Positions 18,188-28,145 of a stretch of 64,000 nucleotides of DNA are shown piece after piece. Both the position numbers and the translations under genes were made by a program. How positions within the stretch are numbered: the stretch's first letter is position 1; each line of letters begins with the position of its first letter. Source of the DNA: Dehalococcoidia bacterium (GTDB taxonomy: Bacteria > Chloroflexota > Dehalococcoidia > Bin125); contig OY820591.1 of NCBI GenBank assembly GCA_963555985.3, positions 1,056,001-1,120,000 on the forward strand, written 5' to 3'. The notes beneath the pieces were generated by a model, which ran no database searches, was not told the DNA's origin, and saw nothing but the letters and a program-made list of their open reading frames with translations.

Positions 18188-18964
18188 CTAGCGCCCCGAC
18201 CAGTTCGGGGCGCGCTTCTCCACGAACGCGAGCGGCCCTTCTTTGGCGTCCTCGGAGTTGAGCACGACGCGGCTGACCCACTGTCCGGTGCGGTAGGACT
18301 CGTCGATCATCAGTTGCCGCCACTGATGGGCCATGAACTTGGTGCCCTCAACCGCCAGGGGCGCGTTTTCGGCGATCATTTCGGCGATCGCGATCGCTCG
18401 CGGCAGCAGCTGATCGGGTTCGAGGATTTCGCGGATCAGGCCCATGCGCAGGGCTTCTGCGGGCGAAATGCGGTCGGCGGTGAGCATGATGTAGAGCGCG
18501 TCGCCGATCGGCAGCATCCGCGCGAGGTGGTGAATGGCGTAGCCGGGCATGATCCCGCGCTTGACCTCGAACAGTCCGAAGTAGGCTTCCGTCGAAGCGA
18601 TCCGAATGTCGCAATCGAGGGCGCGTTCGAGGCCGCCGGCCAGACAGAGGCCGTTGATGGCGGCGATGAACGGCTTGCGGCAGCGCGCGAAGGGCATCGA
18701 ATCATTCAGATCGAAGCCCATCGTGTCGCGCAGACCATCGCGCGACTGATTCTGCTCGTTCATCTCTTTGAGGTCGGTGCCGGCTGAGAAGGCGCGCCCG
18801 GTACCGGTCAGGATCGCGGCGCGGATCTCCGGGTCGTTCTCCAGATCCTCGACCGCCTCGATCGTCAAGCGGCGCAGATCGCGGCCGAGCGCGTTCAGGC
18901 GGTGGGGACGGTTCATCGTCAGCACGGCGTAGTGGCCGAACTTTTCGTAGATCAGGTCAGGCAT
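18188..18964 (-). CDS. Enoyl-CoA hydratase/isomerase family protein
   Basis: NRPHRLNAL, AFSAGTDL, IAAINGLCLAGGLE, FGLFEVKRGI. Confidence 0.93.
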   Translation of the reverse strand: MPDLIYEKFGHYAVLTMNRPHRLNALGRDLRRLTIEAVEDLENDPEIRAAILTGTGRAFSAGTDLKEMNEQNQSRDGLRDTMGFDLNDSMPFARCRKPFIAAINGLCLAGGLERALDCDIRIASTEAYFGLFEVKRGIMPGYAIHHLARMLPIGDALYIMLTADRISPAEALRMGLIREILEPDQLLPRAIAIAEMIAENAPLAVEGTKFMAHQWRQLMIDESYRTGQWVSRVVLNSEDAKEGPLAFVEKRAPNWSGR

Positions 18965-19011
18965 CGCTCTCGCCTCTCAGGCGCTGCTCGATCGGGCGGC
19001 GGGCCGGCTGC

Positions 19012-19797
19012 CTACAAATCGGCGAGTTCGTCGCGCAGGTCGCGGTCGTCGACGATGTGTCCGGTGAAGCTGGGCGGTTGGCTGGCGATCCAGACGCAGG
19101 CGCGCGCCATCCAGTCCGCCGACTCGAACTCGGTCTGGGGATTATCGGGCGTCGTCAGCGCGTACCAGTGGCCGGGCGTCTTGATTAAGTAGCGCAGAGT
19201 CAACACGTTGCAGGCGATCTGGTCGGCTTGCAGTTCCATCGCCCAACCCTGGGTGATGCGTTCGAGACCGGCCTTGACCATCCCGTAGAACTGTCCGCCC
19301 TCGCGCGGATCGTCATAGGGGCCGGGGCCGGGCATGTCGGCAGCGCCGGAGGAGATGTTGATGATGTCGCCGCCGGACTCTTTCATGTAGGGCAAGGCGG
19401 CCTTGGCCAAGAGCACCGGACCGCGCAGATCGAGCCGCCAGATCAGGTCGATGTGGCGGTCGCGCACCGACTCGAGCGTGCCGGGAACGAGCACAGCGGC
19501 GTTGTTGACGAGGATGTCGAGGCCGCCCAGTTCTGCCGCGGTTCGTTCGACCGCGCGCGAAATCGACTCCGGATCGGATACGTCGAGCGCGACGGGAACG
19601 GCGTGTCCGCCGGACTGCCGAATTTCTTCGGCGACGGTTCGGATCGTGCCGGGCAAGCGAGGGTCGGGCGACGCTTCATCCGATCGCGCCGCTACCGCCA
19701 CCGCTGCGCCATGCGCGGCCAGTCCGCGCGCAATATCGGCCCCGATGCCGCGGCTCGAACCCGTGACCAACGCCTTGCGTCCGTCCAGCAACCCCAT
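19012..19797 (-). CDS. SDR family oxidoreductase
   Basis: VTGSSRGIG, ILVNNAA, YGMVK (YxxxK). Confidence 0.92.
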   Translation of the reverse strand: MGLLDGRKALVTGSSRGIGADIARGLAAHGAAVAVAARSDEASPDPRLPGTIRTVAEEIRQSGGHAVPVALDVSDPESISRAVERTAAELGGLDILVNNAAVLVPGTLESVRDRHIDLIWRLDLRGPVLLAKAALPYMKESGGDIINISSGAADMPGPGPYDDPREGGQFYGMVKAGLERITQGWAMELQADQIACNVLTLRYLIKTPGHWYALTTPDNPQTEFESADWMARACVWIASQPPSFTGHIVDDRDLRDELADL

Positions 19798-19994
19798 TGG
19801 TGTCCTCGCTTCTGTTGCGCCCCCAATAGCGGGAGCGGGAACGCAGTTTAGCAGTACCCCGGCAGTGGTTTGGTACGGCTGGCGCACGCACGTAGGTCGA
19901 GATTCTCCCGCCTGCGCGGGGACAGGCTCTCAAAGGGGGAGAGGGGAGGTCCGGGAAGGAGTGTTGGGTGCAGAGCCGTCGCTAGACTGCCTGC

Positions 19995-20720
19995 ATGACC
20001 CGCGCGATCAGGGCCGCGAGTGAGACCAACAGGGGCGTTGGCGAACTGATCGAACTTCCCGGCGGCGCGTTCACGATGGGCGCCGACCACCAGCGCCGCG
20101 ACGAACGTCCCGCCCACCTCGTCACGCTCTCTCCGTTCCGCGCCGCCTTTCGACCCGTCAGCAACGAACAGTACGCCGAGTTCGCCGAACAGACCGGCGC
20201 TTCTCCGCCGCCTTTCTGGGCACAGGCGAATTTCCGCCTCCCCGCCGCCCCGGTAGTCGGAATCTCCTGGCATGACGCGGTTGACTATTGCGAATGGCTA
20301 TCGACCCAGACCGGTACGCGCTACCGCCTGCCCAGCGAAGCCGAGCGCGAGTACGCCGCCCGAGGCGGTCTCGCCGACGCCGACTGGCCAAAGTCGGACG
20401 AACTCTGGCCGGACGCACCCGAACGCGCCCAAATCGCCGCGCTCGAACATCCGCACATCCCAATCGAGGCCTGCCGCAACGCCTTCGGCCTCTACTGCAT
20501 GGCCGACAACGTGCACGAGTGGTGCTCCGACTGGTACGACCGCAACTTCTACGAGCTCTCGCCGAGCGACGCGCCGAGCGGCCCACTCAGCGGTACGCGC
20601 CGCGCCAGCCGCGGCGGCTCATGGCGGCACCGGATCAAGTTCACGCGGGTCAGCGCTCGCTCCAGTCTCTCGCCCAACTACCGCTATAACGACTACGGTT
20701 TCCGCGTCTACGCGGACTGA
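19995..20720 (+). CDS. FGE-sulfatase (SUMF1/EgtB/PvdO) family protein
   Basis: FTMG..DERPAH, PVVGISWHDA, RLPSEAEREYAARGG, NAFGLYCMADNVHEW, RGGSW, GFR. Confidence 0.9.
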   Translation: MTRAIRAASETNRGVGELIELPGGAFTMGADHQRRDERPAHLVTLSPFRAAFRPVSNEQYAEFAEQTGASPPPFWAQANFRLPAAPVVGISWHDAVDYCEWLSTQTGTRYRLPSEAEREYAARGGLADADWPKSDELWPDAPERAQIAALEHPHIPIEACRNAFGLYCMADNVHEWCSDWYDRNFYELSPSDAPSGPLSGTRRASRGGSWRHRIKFTRVSARSSLSPNYRYNDYGFRVYAD

Positions 20721-20738
20721 ATCGAAAGAGCCGTTGCC

Positions 20739-21737
20739 ATGCCTGTTCGCACCACCGTCGTCGGTTCGTGGCCGATTCCGTTCGGTCAACGGCTCAAGCT
20801 CAAGCGCTACTACGCGGGCGAGTTCTCCGACGAGCAAGCCAACGGCGTCTTGCAGACGGCCGCGCGGATCGCCATGGACGAACAGATCGCGTGCGGGCTC
20901 GATCAGATCATGGGCGGCGAGGTCTTCGCGCCCGATTTCCTGCATCACATCCCGCCGCGTCTTGAGGGTCTGGAGACGCTTGCTCCGCGCGTCACCTCAA
21001 AGGGGCAGCAGGGCATCGGACGCTACCGGGTGATTGGCAAGGTGACCGCGCCTCGCGGCACCGGGCACGCGAAGGCGTGGCGGCGCGAGCGGGAGATTGA
21101 GCCTCGGCTGGACAAGGCGTCGGTACCCTCGCCGCTGACGATCGGCGGCGGCTTCCAGGCCGGCGACGATTCGGCGCACATGAACGACCTGATCCGCGTC
21201 GTCCAGGACGAGATCGCCGACATGGTTGAGCAGGGGCTAAGCGAAATCCAACTCGACGCCCCAGGCGAAGCGATCGGTCTGGTCTCCGAGCGGCAGACGG
21301 TGGACGAATTGCTGCCGCTCGTGCGCGCTCCGCTGGAAGCGGCGGCGGGCATTCGTCGCACGATCCACTTTTGTCTGGGAGACATCGCCCGCAAGCCGTC
21401 GATCGAAGTGCAGAATCTTCACGCCCTACTGCCGCTGATTCAACGGCTCGAAGGCCAAGTTGAGCGCGTGCATGTCGAGTGTTCTTACTCCGGGCAGTGG
21501 GAAGAGCACGGGCTGCTGGCAGAGGTACCGGAGTCGATGGAAGTGATCGCCGGCATCGCCGACGTGAAGTCGAAGCCCGCTCCGGTGACGGAGCTTCGAC
21601 AGAAGATCGAGCAGTTGGTTGAGGTGATCTCGCCGGAGCGCCTGCTGGTCTCGACAAGCTGCGGGGTCGGTCGAGTACCGCACGACGAGGCGATCCGCCT
21701 GATGCGGAATTTGGTCAAGGCAGCGCAGGCGGTCTGA
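20739..21737 (+). CDS. Cobalamin-independent methionine synthase-like protein (single catalytic domain)
   Basis: TTVVGSWP, IQLDAP, HxC (IHFC), E, TSCG zinc ligands. Confidence 0.85.
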   Translation: MPVRTTVVGSWPIPFGQRLKLKRYYAGEFSDEQANGVLQTAARIAMDEQIACGLDQIMGGEVFAPDFLHHIPPRLEGLETLAPRVTSKGQQGIGRYRVIGKVTAPRGTGHAKAWRREREIEPRLDKASVPSPLTIGGGFQAGDDSAHMNDLIRVVQDEIADMVEQGLSEIQLDAPGEAIGLVSERQTVDELLPLVRAPLEAAAGIRRTIHFCLGDIARKPSIEVQNLHALLPLIQRLEGQVERVHVECSYSGQWEEHGLLAEVPESMEVIAGIADVKSKPAPVTELRQKIEQLVEVISPERLLVSTSCGVGRVPHDEAIRLMRNLVKAAQAV

Positions 21738-21749
21738 CAGACGAGCGAC

Positions 21750-22046
21750 GTGAGAATCATCTACCGAACGCGCCAGTTGGAACGCGCTTACAAACGGCAG
21801 CAGGTGGCAGTACGGCGCTGGGGACCGGAGGTCGGCAACCGCTATCGCGAGCGGATCGACCGCATCAGAACCATCTCCACCTGGCCGAATCTGTTCGAGT
21901 ATCGTTCACTCGGGCTGCACCCGCTGCGCGGCCCGCGACAAGGCCAATACGCGATACGGTTGACCGGAAGATGGCGATTGATCGTCCGACAAGGCAGTGA
22001 TCCGGACGAGATCGAAATCGTGGATGTCGAGGACTACCATGACTGA
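21750..22046 (+). CDS. higB: HigB/RelE-family toxin (plasmid maintenance killer type)
   Basis: LHPLRGPRQGQYAIRLTGRWRLIV..EIVDVEDYHD; toxin upstream of antitoxin. Confidence 0.9.
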   Translation: MRIIYRTRQLERAYKRQQVAVRRWGPEVGNRYRERIDRIRTISTWPNLFEYRSLGLHPLRGPRQGQYAIRLTGRWRLIVRQGSDPDEIEIVDVEDYHD

Positions 22047-22335
22047 TTTCAGCTTGGACTCGCTGGCCGATGTTCCGACGCATCCCGGCTTGTTCTTGGC
22101 CGAGGAGATCGAAGCTCGGGAGATCAGCGTCAACGAACTTGCCGAGCTAGCCGATCTGCCGCTCAATACCCTGATTGAGATTGTCGAGCAACGCCGAGTC
22201 ATCGAGCCGCCCGTTGCGCACGCCCTGGAAGCCGCGCTCGATCTTCCGGCGCAAGAATGGTTGAACGCAACCAAGCTCTACAAACTCACAGTCGAGCAAA
22301 TCGAACGCGACACTGCGCTATCAAGAGCAGACTGA
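22039..22335 (+). CDS. higA: HigA-family HTH antitoxin
   Basis: THPGLFLAEE, HTH region, ALDLPAQEWLN; overlaps the higB stop. Confidence 0.88.
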   Translation: MTDFSLDSLADVPTHPGLFLAEEIEAREISVNELAELADLPLNTLIEIVEQRRVIEPPVAHALEAALDLPAQEWLNATKLYKLTVEQIERDTALSRAD

Positions 22336-22349
22336 GCCTTTGCTAAGAC

Positions 22350-23555
22350 CTACGGCGTGAACTCGATCTCGCTGCTGCGCAGCCAGTGCCCGACCGTTGC
22401 GTTCGTGGGGAAGAATCGCGCTTGAGGCAGGATTCGCTCGCCGGAGGCGACGAAGCCGAACTCGATCCGGCCTCCAGCGGTCAGTCTCGCGGCGATCCGG
22501 CCCCAGTCTTCCACGTCACTGCTGAGCAGCCAGACGCCCACGCGCGCGGTTGTGGGGAAGTATCGGCGCGTCGGGAGGATCAGCTCGCCGTCGCTCGTGC
22601 GGAATCCGAACTCCACTCGTCCGTCCGCGCCCAATCGCGCCACGATTCTGCCGACGACCGCCGGGTTTTCGAACGCGACCGCGTCGTCGGGCGAACCCGT
22701 GGGCGGCGGATCGTCCGCCGGCTCTGTGCCTCCCCAGCAGATCGCACCACCCGCGGCAACGACGCCGCAGGACCAGTCGCGGCCGGCGCTGATCTGGGTG
22801 AAGCGCGTCTGCGGCGGCTCGTGCTCGCCCGCGCCCCAACAGGACGCCGTACCGTTCGCGGCCAATGCGCAGGTATGGGACTCGCCCGCGCTGACCGACT
22901 CGAAGCGACCACTCGGCGGCGAGGCTTGGCCGAATGCATTGTCGCCCCAACAGGCGATCCGTCCATTCGTGCGCACGGCGCAGGCGTGCGATGTCGCCGC
23001 GCTGACCGAGGTGAATGTTCCACTTGGGGTTTGCAGCTCGCCGACGCGATCCCAACCCCAGCAGAAGAGCGCGCCGGCCGTGGTCACGCCGCAGCTGTAG
23101 AGGTGTCCCGCGTCGATGCTGCGGTACGTCTCTGCCGGCACCTCGAGGAAGCCCCAGTCGATCCCGCTGCCCCAACAGACGCCCGCGCCGGACTCGCGAA
23201 TGGCGCAGCTATGCGACGCGCCCGCGCCAATCTGGGTGAATCGTCCCGGCGGCGCGTCTATCTGCCGCGATTCGTTCCGCCCCCAGCATCGAATCTCGCT
23301 GTCGTCGGTCAGGGCGCAGGTGAAGTCGTCGCCGACCGCGACCGCGCTGTAGCTGCCGGACGGCACGTTGAGCTGCCCGTATTCGTTGCCGCCCTCGCAC
23401 TCGAGCGAGCCGTCGTCGTAGAGGTAACAGACGTGGCTGTCGCCGGCGCTAACGGCGACGATCGTTCCGTCTGCGTGGGCCGATGATCCCAGCGTCCAGA
23501 TCGCCGACAGCACAACCACTAACACCAACGCCGCGCCAGGAACCCGATGTCGCAT
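22350..23555 (-). CDS. Secreted RCC1/BLIP-II-like repeat protein with two C-terminal copies of the unnamed ~50-aa module
   Basis: Signal peptide; about seven VSAGxxHxC..CWG repeats; Pro linker; two GRIxARLxxxGRxEFGF modules. Confidence 0.88.
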   Translation of the reverse strand: MRHRVPGAALVLVVVLSAIWTLGSSAHADGTIVAVSAGDSHVCYLYDDGSLECEGGNEYGQLNVPSGSYSAVAVGDDFTCALTDDSEIRCWGRNESRQIDAPPGRFTQIGAGASHSCAIRESGAGVCWGSGIDWGFLEVPAETYRSIDAGHLYSCGVTTAGALFCWGWDRVGELQTPSGTFTSVSAATSHACAVRTNGRIACWGDNAFGQASPPSGRFESVSAGESHTCALAANGTASCWGAGEHEPPQTRFTQISAGRDWSCGVVAAGGAICWGGTEPADDPPPTGSPDDAVAFENPAVVGRIVARLGADGRVEFGFRTSDGELILPTRRYFPTTARVGVWLLSSDVEDWGRIAARLTAGGRIEFGFVASGERILPQARFFPTNATVGHWLRSSEIEFTP

Positions 23556-23659
23556 GTGCGCCCCCTCCGATCCGCCCGTGTCGGCTCACGGTAGCAGCGT
23601 GAGGCGAGGATGGGGGATCGTGGCGGCGGCTGCTGTTCGGGGCGGGCGAGAAAAACGAG

Positions 23660-23790
23660 CACGGCGGATTTTCAGGTTTCGGAGAATTTTTTTCCTGAGG
23701 TCGTTGAGGCATGATCTCCAGCTATACGCTGGAGATCGTGATTCAGGTCGTTCAGCTTTTTTCAGGTTTTTTCGGTTCGGAGCGTTCGAT
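23660..23790 (-). repeat. Dispersed intergenic element, copy B (diverged)
   Basis: GATCTCCAGC-tatac-GCTGGAGATC palindrome, AAAAAAATTCTCC and (C)CTGAA tandem units on the minus strand, as in copy A. Confidence 0.55.
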
Positions 23791-24007
23791 TCTGTTCGAT
23801 TCCGTTCGACACGGAGCGGTAGCGAGCGAACAGTTTGGCGCGGCGACGGGGAGGTCCGGCCCCGGATTGATGGGCGTCTCGGTCATCGTGTGCTTTTCGC
23901 TTGCTTCGCTTATATAGATCTTATGTTTTATAATGTCACGTTCCAGGCCGAGGAGGATGACGGGTTGAGATTCAGTAGTGGATGGCGCGCCCGCCGCCGG
24001 CGGCGTT

Positions 24008-24276
24008 CATGTGGAGTGCTCGTGCTCGGGCAGTGGGAGGAACACGGACTGCCGGCTGAACTGCCGGACAGCACGCAGATCATCGCCGGCATCACCGACG
24101 TAACGTCAACACCGGCGTCGGTCACCGAACTACGTGATAGGGTCAAGCGGCTCGTGGAGGTCATTCCACCCGAGCGGCTGCTCGTCTCCAGCAGTTGCGG
24201 CGCCGGCCGCGCGCGCCGCGATGAAGCGATCCGCTTGATGCGCAACCTGTTCAAGGCGGCGGCCCTGGTCGGCTAA
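24008..24276 (+). pseudogene. Duplicated 3' fragment of the MetE-like gene
   Basis: HVECS..GQWEEHGL..EAIRLMRNLxKAA matches 21471-21737 (about 70% aa identity by hand), with a 1-nt frameshift near 24027. Confidence 0.85.
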
Positions 24277-24289
24277 CGGCAAGGAGCGA

Positions 24290-25297
24290 ATGATGGAACT
24301 CAGACCACTCGGACGGACCGGCGTGCAGGTATCGAGCCTCTGCCTCGGCTGTATGATGTTCGGCCGGCGCACCGAACCGGAGGAGTCTTACGCGATCATC
24401 GACCGCGCGCTTGACGCCGGCGTCAACTTCCTTGACACGGCCAACGTCTACGCTTTGGGCCGCAGCGAGGAGATCACGGGCGAGGCGCTGAAGCGCAACG
24501 GACGGCGACAGCACGTCGTCCTTGCGACCAAGGTCCACGGACAAATGGACTCCGAGGACCCCAATGCGCGCGGCAACAGCCGGCGTCACATCGTCGAGCA
24601 GTGCGAGGCCAGCCTGCGCCGTCTGCAGACCGATTACATCGACCTCTATCAGCTCCACCGGCCGCAGCCCGACATCCCAATTGATGAGACCCTGCGCGCG
24701 CTCGACGATCTGATCCGCGACGGCAAGGTGCGCTACATCGGCACCAGCAACTTCGCGGGCTGGGAGTTGGTCGAATCGCTCTGGGTGGCGAAGGAACTGG
24801 GACTCAACCGAGTCGTCTGCGAGCAGCCCGCCTACAACCTGCTCGACCGACGGGTCGAGAGCGAACTGCTGCCCGCCGCCCGCACCTTCGGGATCGCCGT
24901 CATCCCCTGGGGACCGCTCGGCGGCGGCTTGCTGAGCGGTCGGTATCAGCGAGGCGAGCCATTGCCCGCCGATGGCCGCTATGCGTTGACTCCACAGTCG
25001 CAGAATCGGCTCACCGACGGCGTCTTCGACGTGATCGAAGCGCTCTCGCCGATCGCCCAGGAGAAGGGCTGCAGCCTCTCGCAGCTTGCCCTCGCCTGGT
25101 GCGAGCAGCAGCCCGGCGTCACCAGCCCGATCATCGGCCCGAGAACGATGGAGCAGCTCGAGGACAATCTCGGCTCAGCCGACGTCGTCATCACCGACGA
25201 AGACCGCGAGCGCATCGACGCCGTCAACCCACCAGGCTGGACCGTGACGCCCTACTATGAACTCTTCCGCCGCCCACACCAGTATCGGATCCTGTAG
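24290..25297 (+). CDS. Aldo/keto reductase
   Basis: LGRTGVQVS.LCLGCMMFG, DTANVY, LATK, SLRRLQTDYIDLYQLH, GKVRYIGTSN. Confidence 0.95.
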   Translation: MMELRPLGRTGVQVSSLCLGCMMFGRRTEPEESYAIIDRALDAGVNFLDTANVYALGRSEEITGEALKRNGRRQHVVLATKVHGQMDSEDPNARGNSRRHIVEQCEASLRRLQTDYIDLYQLHRPQPDIPIDETLRALDDLIRDGKVRYIGTSNFAGWELVESLWVAKELGLNRVVCEQPAYNLLDRRVESELLPAARTFGIAVIPWGPLGGGLLSGRYQRGEPLPADGRYALTPQSQNRLTDGVFDVIEALSPIAQEKGCSLSQLALAWCEQQPGVTSPIIGPRTMEQLEDNLGSADVVITDEDRERIDAVNPPGWTVTPYYELFRRPHQYRIL

Positions 25298-25312
25298 TCG
25301 CGGCTCTAGCAA

Positions 25313-26098
25313 TTAGTAGTGGATGGCGCGGCCGACGCCGCCGCCGGCGGCGATGGTGTCGCCCGTGATCGCGATTGACTTGGGCGAGGCGAGGAAGGCG
25401 ACGATGTTGGCTATGTCGTCGGAGTCGATGATCGTGCGGACGGAGTTGCCGGACGCCATCCGCGCTTCGGCTTCTTCGAGCGAGATGTCGTTCGACTCGG
25501 CGATCTGGGCGATGCGATCCGGCGTCGCTTCGGTGCGGGTCAGACCGGGATGGACGACGGTGACGTTGATCCCGTCGGGGCCGAGCTCGTCGGCGAGGTT
25601 CTTGGTCATGGCGGCGACGGAGACATTGCGGATCGAGCCGACCGTGTTGCCGCTGCCTCGGGCGGCGAGGCCGGAGACGTTGATGATCCGTCCCCAGCCG
25701 TTCTGCTGCATGTAGGGCGCGGCGGCGCGGGAGCAGCGCAGGTAGCCGAGCACCTTGACCTGGAGGTCGGCGAGGGCGTGGTCGGCGGTGAGGTCGGCGA
25801 GCTTCATCGGACCGTGCACGCTGCCCGGCGAGGCGGCGTTGTTGACCAGGATGTCGAGTCCGCCGAGCGCGTCGGCTGCGCCGCTGACCATCGCTTCGAC
25901 CGACTGATCGTCCGCGGCGTCGTAGGCGAACCAGGCGGTGGCGCCGAGTTCGTCGGCTGCGGCGGCCAATCGTTCGGGGTCGCGTGCCGAGATCGCAACA
26001 TCGCAGCCCTCTTCGATCAGCACGCGGGCGATTGCTTTGCCGATCCCCCGGCTGCCGCCGGTAACTAACGCTCTCTTGCCCTGGAGTTGCAAGTCCAT
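25313..26098 (-). CDS. SDR family oxidoreductase
   Basis: VTGGSRGIG, ILVNNAA, GINVTVVHPG. Confidence 0.92.
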   Translation of the reverse strand: MDLQLQGKRALVTGGSRGIGKAIARVLIEEGCDVAISARDPERLAAAADELGATAWFAYDAADDQSVEAMVSGAADALGGLDILVNNAASPGSVHGPMKLADLTADHALADLQVKVLGYLRCSRAAAPYMQQNGWGRIINVSGLAARGSGNTVGSIRNVSVAAMTKNLADELGPDGINVTVVHPGLTRTEATPDRIAQIAESNDISLEEAEARMASGNSVRTIIDSDDIANIVAFLASPKSIAITGDTIAAGGGVGRAIHY

Positions 26099-26099
26099 C

Positions 26100-26753
26100 T
26101 CAGGCTCCGTTCGGGACGACGCGCTCGTGCGGCGCTTTGAGGAATTCCGCCGGTTCGATGGGGTGGTTGTCGAGCGATGCTGCGACGACCTTGCCGTGTT
26201 CGATGACGACGTGCTGCGGCCGGGTCGGATTGCGATGACCCTCGCTCGGTCCCAGCGCGATGATCTCCGCCTCCAGCCGATGTGGTGTGATCGTCAGGAA
26301 GCCCATCCCCCCGAGTCTGGTCGAGAGGTGGTGCGGCAGCGACGGGCTTCCCGGATTGATCAACAACACGTCGTCCCGATATTCGAGCCGCTCGACATGC
26401 GTGTCGCCGCCGATCAGGACATCTACCCGTTCGTTGCTCAGCGACGCCGCCAGAATCTCCGCGATCGGTCTGGATTCGGGCCGCAGCTCGTGCGCGATGC
26501 CGACGCGGAAGCCTTCGACATCAAGGAAATGAAGCTCTTTCAGGCGGGGATCGTCGAAGATGTCGTTGTTGCCCCGCACCGCCAGCACGGGCGCGAACTG
26601 CTCGCACCAATCGAGCACGGCGGGAACCGTGATGTCGCCGCCGTGCAGGATCAGATCGACGCCTGTCAGCGCTGCTCCCGTTTCGGGGCCGAGGTCGTCC
26701 ATCGAGCGCAGCAGTTGGGGCAGATGGGTGTCGGAAATCAGGCCGATGCGCAT
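26100..26753 (-). CDS. YfcE-like metallophosphoesterase
   Basis: ISDTH, HGGD, VRGNND, GDTH, INPGS. Confidence 0.9.
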   Translation of the reverse strand: MRIGLISDTHLPQLLRSMDDLGPETGAALTGVDLILHGGDITVPAVLDWCEQFAPVLAVRGNNDIFDDPRLKELHFLDVEGFRVGIAHELRPESRPIAEILAASLSNERVDVLIGGDTHVERLEYRDDVLLINPGSPSLPHHLSTRLGGMGFLTITPHRLEAEIIALGPSEGHRNPTRPQHVVIEHGKVVAASLDNHPIEPAEFLKAPHERVVPNGA

Positions 26754-26831
26754 GAGCGCAGGCTACGCCTGAGGCGGGATCGGCGCTAGCCTGTGCCCGT
26801 TCGCGTCTGAACGACGAGGAAAGGTTGTGAG

Positions 26832-28016
26832 ATGGCACAGGAACGATTGGCGGCGATCGCCGGCATCCACGAATATCCGCTGCGGGTCGCGCCGGGCGTC
26901 TCGTCGATGCAGATCAAGGCGGAGTCGATGAAGCGCGCGCTGGAGGACGCCGGCCTCGACTGGGGCGATGTGGACGGACTCTACGACGCGCTCGACGGCG
27001 AAGGCGGCGGCGGACTCGGCTTGGCCGCGTATCTGGGAATCAAGCCCCGGCTGCTCGACACCACCCAGGTCGGCGGCTCGTCCTATGAATTCCACGCTTC
27101 GCACGCTCTCCGCGACATTGCGGCTGGTCGCTGCAATGTTGCCGTGACCACCTACGGATCGACCGCGGCCTCAATGCGCGTGCCGATCGGCACCGGCGGC
27201 ATGGGTCGCGGCGGCGCTTCCTGGCAGCAGAACATGGAAGCCCCCTACGGTTCCACATTGATCGCCAACTACGCCATGGTCGCCCACCGGCACATGCACG
27301 AGTACGGCACGACGACGGAGCAACTGGCGCAGATCTCGGTGGCGACGCGCAAGCACGCGATGCGCAACCCCGAGGCGGTCAAGGCGATGACCGATCTCCA
27401 ATTCGTCAAGGTGGATGAGATCACGGTCGAGGATGTGCTCGAGTCGCGGGTGATCGCCGACCCGCTGCACCTGCTCGAGTGCTGCATGATCTCCGACGGC
27501 GGCGGCGCGGCGGTGTTTGTCTCGCCTGAGATCGCGCGTGACATCAAGAAGAAGCCGGTCTGGATCATCGGCGCAGGCGAAGCGACCAAGTACCGCGAGA
27601 ATGGCGGCGACATCACGACGTCAGCCGGTGCGCAGAGCGCTCCCGCCGCCTACGGACAGGCTGGCGTGACACCGGACGAGATCGACATCGCGATGATCTA
27701 CGACTCGTTCTCGATCACGGTCGCCGTGATGCTGGAAGACCTCGGATTCTGCGGGAAGGGCGAGGTCGGGCAGTTCATCGAGGACGGTCACCTGGCCTTC
27801 GATCAGCCGGGACTGACGCTCAACACCGACGGCGGCGGGCTGTCGTCCAACCATCCGGGGATGCGCGGACTGTTCCTGCTGCTCGAATCGGTGCGCCAGC
27901 TGCGGGGCGAGTCGACCTCGCAGGTCGATGGAGCGAAGCTCGCTGTCGCGCACGGCAACGGCGGATTGCTCGGCGGCACCCACACCGGCGGCACTGTGAT
28001 TCTCGCGGCGGACTAA
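26832..28016 (+). CDS. Thiolase-like (SCP2/lipid-transfer type) protein
   Basis: HMHEYG, PLHLLECCMISDGGGA, IYDSF, NTDGGGLS..HPG, QLRG. Confidence 0.9.
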   Translation: MAQERLAAIAGIHEYPLRVAPGVSSMQIKAESMKRALEDAGLDWGDVDGLYDALDGEGGGGLGLAAYLGIKPRLLDTTQVGGSSYEFHASHALRDIAAGRCNVAVTTYGSTAASMRVPIGTGGMGRGGASWQQNMEAPYGSTLIANYAMVAHRHMHEYGTTTEQLAQISVATRKHAMRNPEAVKAMTDLQFVKVDEITVEDVLESRVIADPLHLLECCMISDGGGAAVFVSPEIARDIKKKPVWIIGAGEATKYRENGGDITTSAGAQSAPAAYGQAGVTPDEIDIAMIYDSFSITVAVMLEDLGFCGKGEVGQFIEDGHLAFDQPGLTLNTDGGGLSSNHPGMRGLFLLLESVRQLRGESTSQVDGAKLAVAHGNGGLLGGTHTGGTVILAAD

Positions 28017-28089
28017 CCAGATGCCGTCATTGCCGAGCTTGGCTCGGCAATCTCGCTGCGTAGGGCAGCAACGTCTGTGCTCGACTCAG

Positions 28090-28120
28090 CGAGATACCCG
28101 CGACAAGCGCGGGTATGACG
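28090..28120 (-). repeat. CGTC-tagged REP-like palindrome
   Basis: Reverse complement CGTCATACCCGCGCTTGTCGCGGGTATCTCG; near-identical to 48624-48655. Confidence 0.85.
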
Positions 28121-28145
28121 AAGAGAGTTGAGAAAGGTTCACAAC

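Noticed and set aside
18180-18323. ORF-track N-terminus of the giant protein
   Set aside because: Overlaps the enoyl-CoA hydratase 3' end in another frame; the signal-like segment starts after that stop.
19895-19975. Possible SRP RNA (AGGTCCGGGAAGGAG)
   Set aside because: No supporting long stem or GCAGC element; better explained as REP/CIR-like remnants.
22700-23470. Diversity-generating retroelement template/variable pair among RCC1 repeats
   Set aside because: No reverse transcriptase, and differences are not adenine-specific; ordinary protein repeats.
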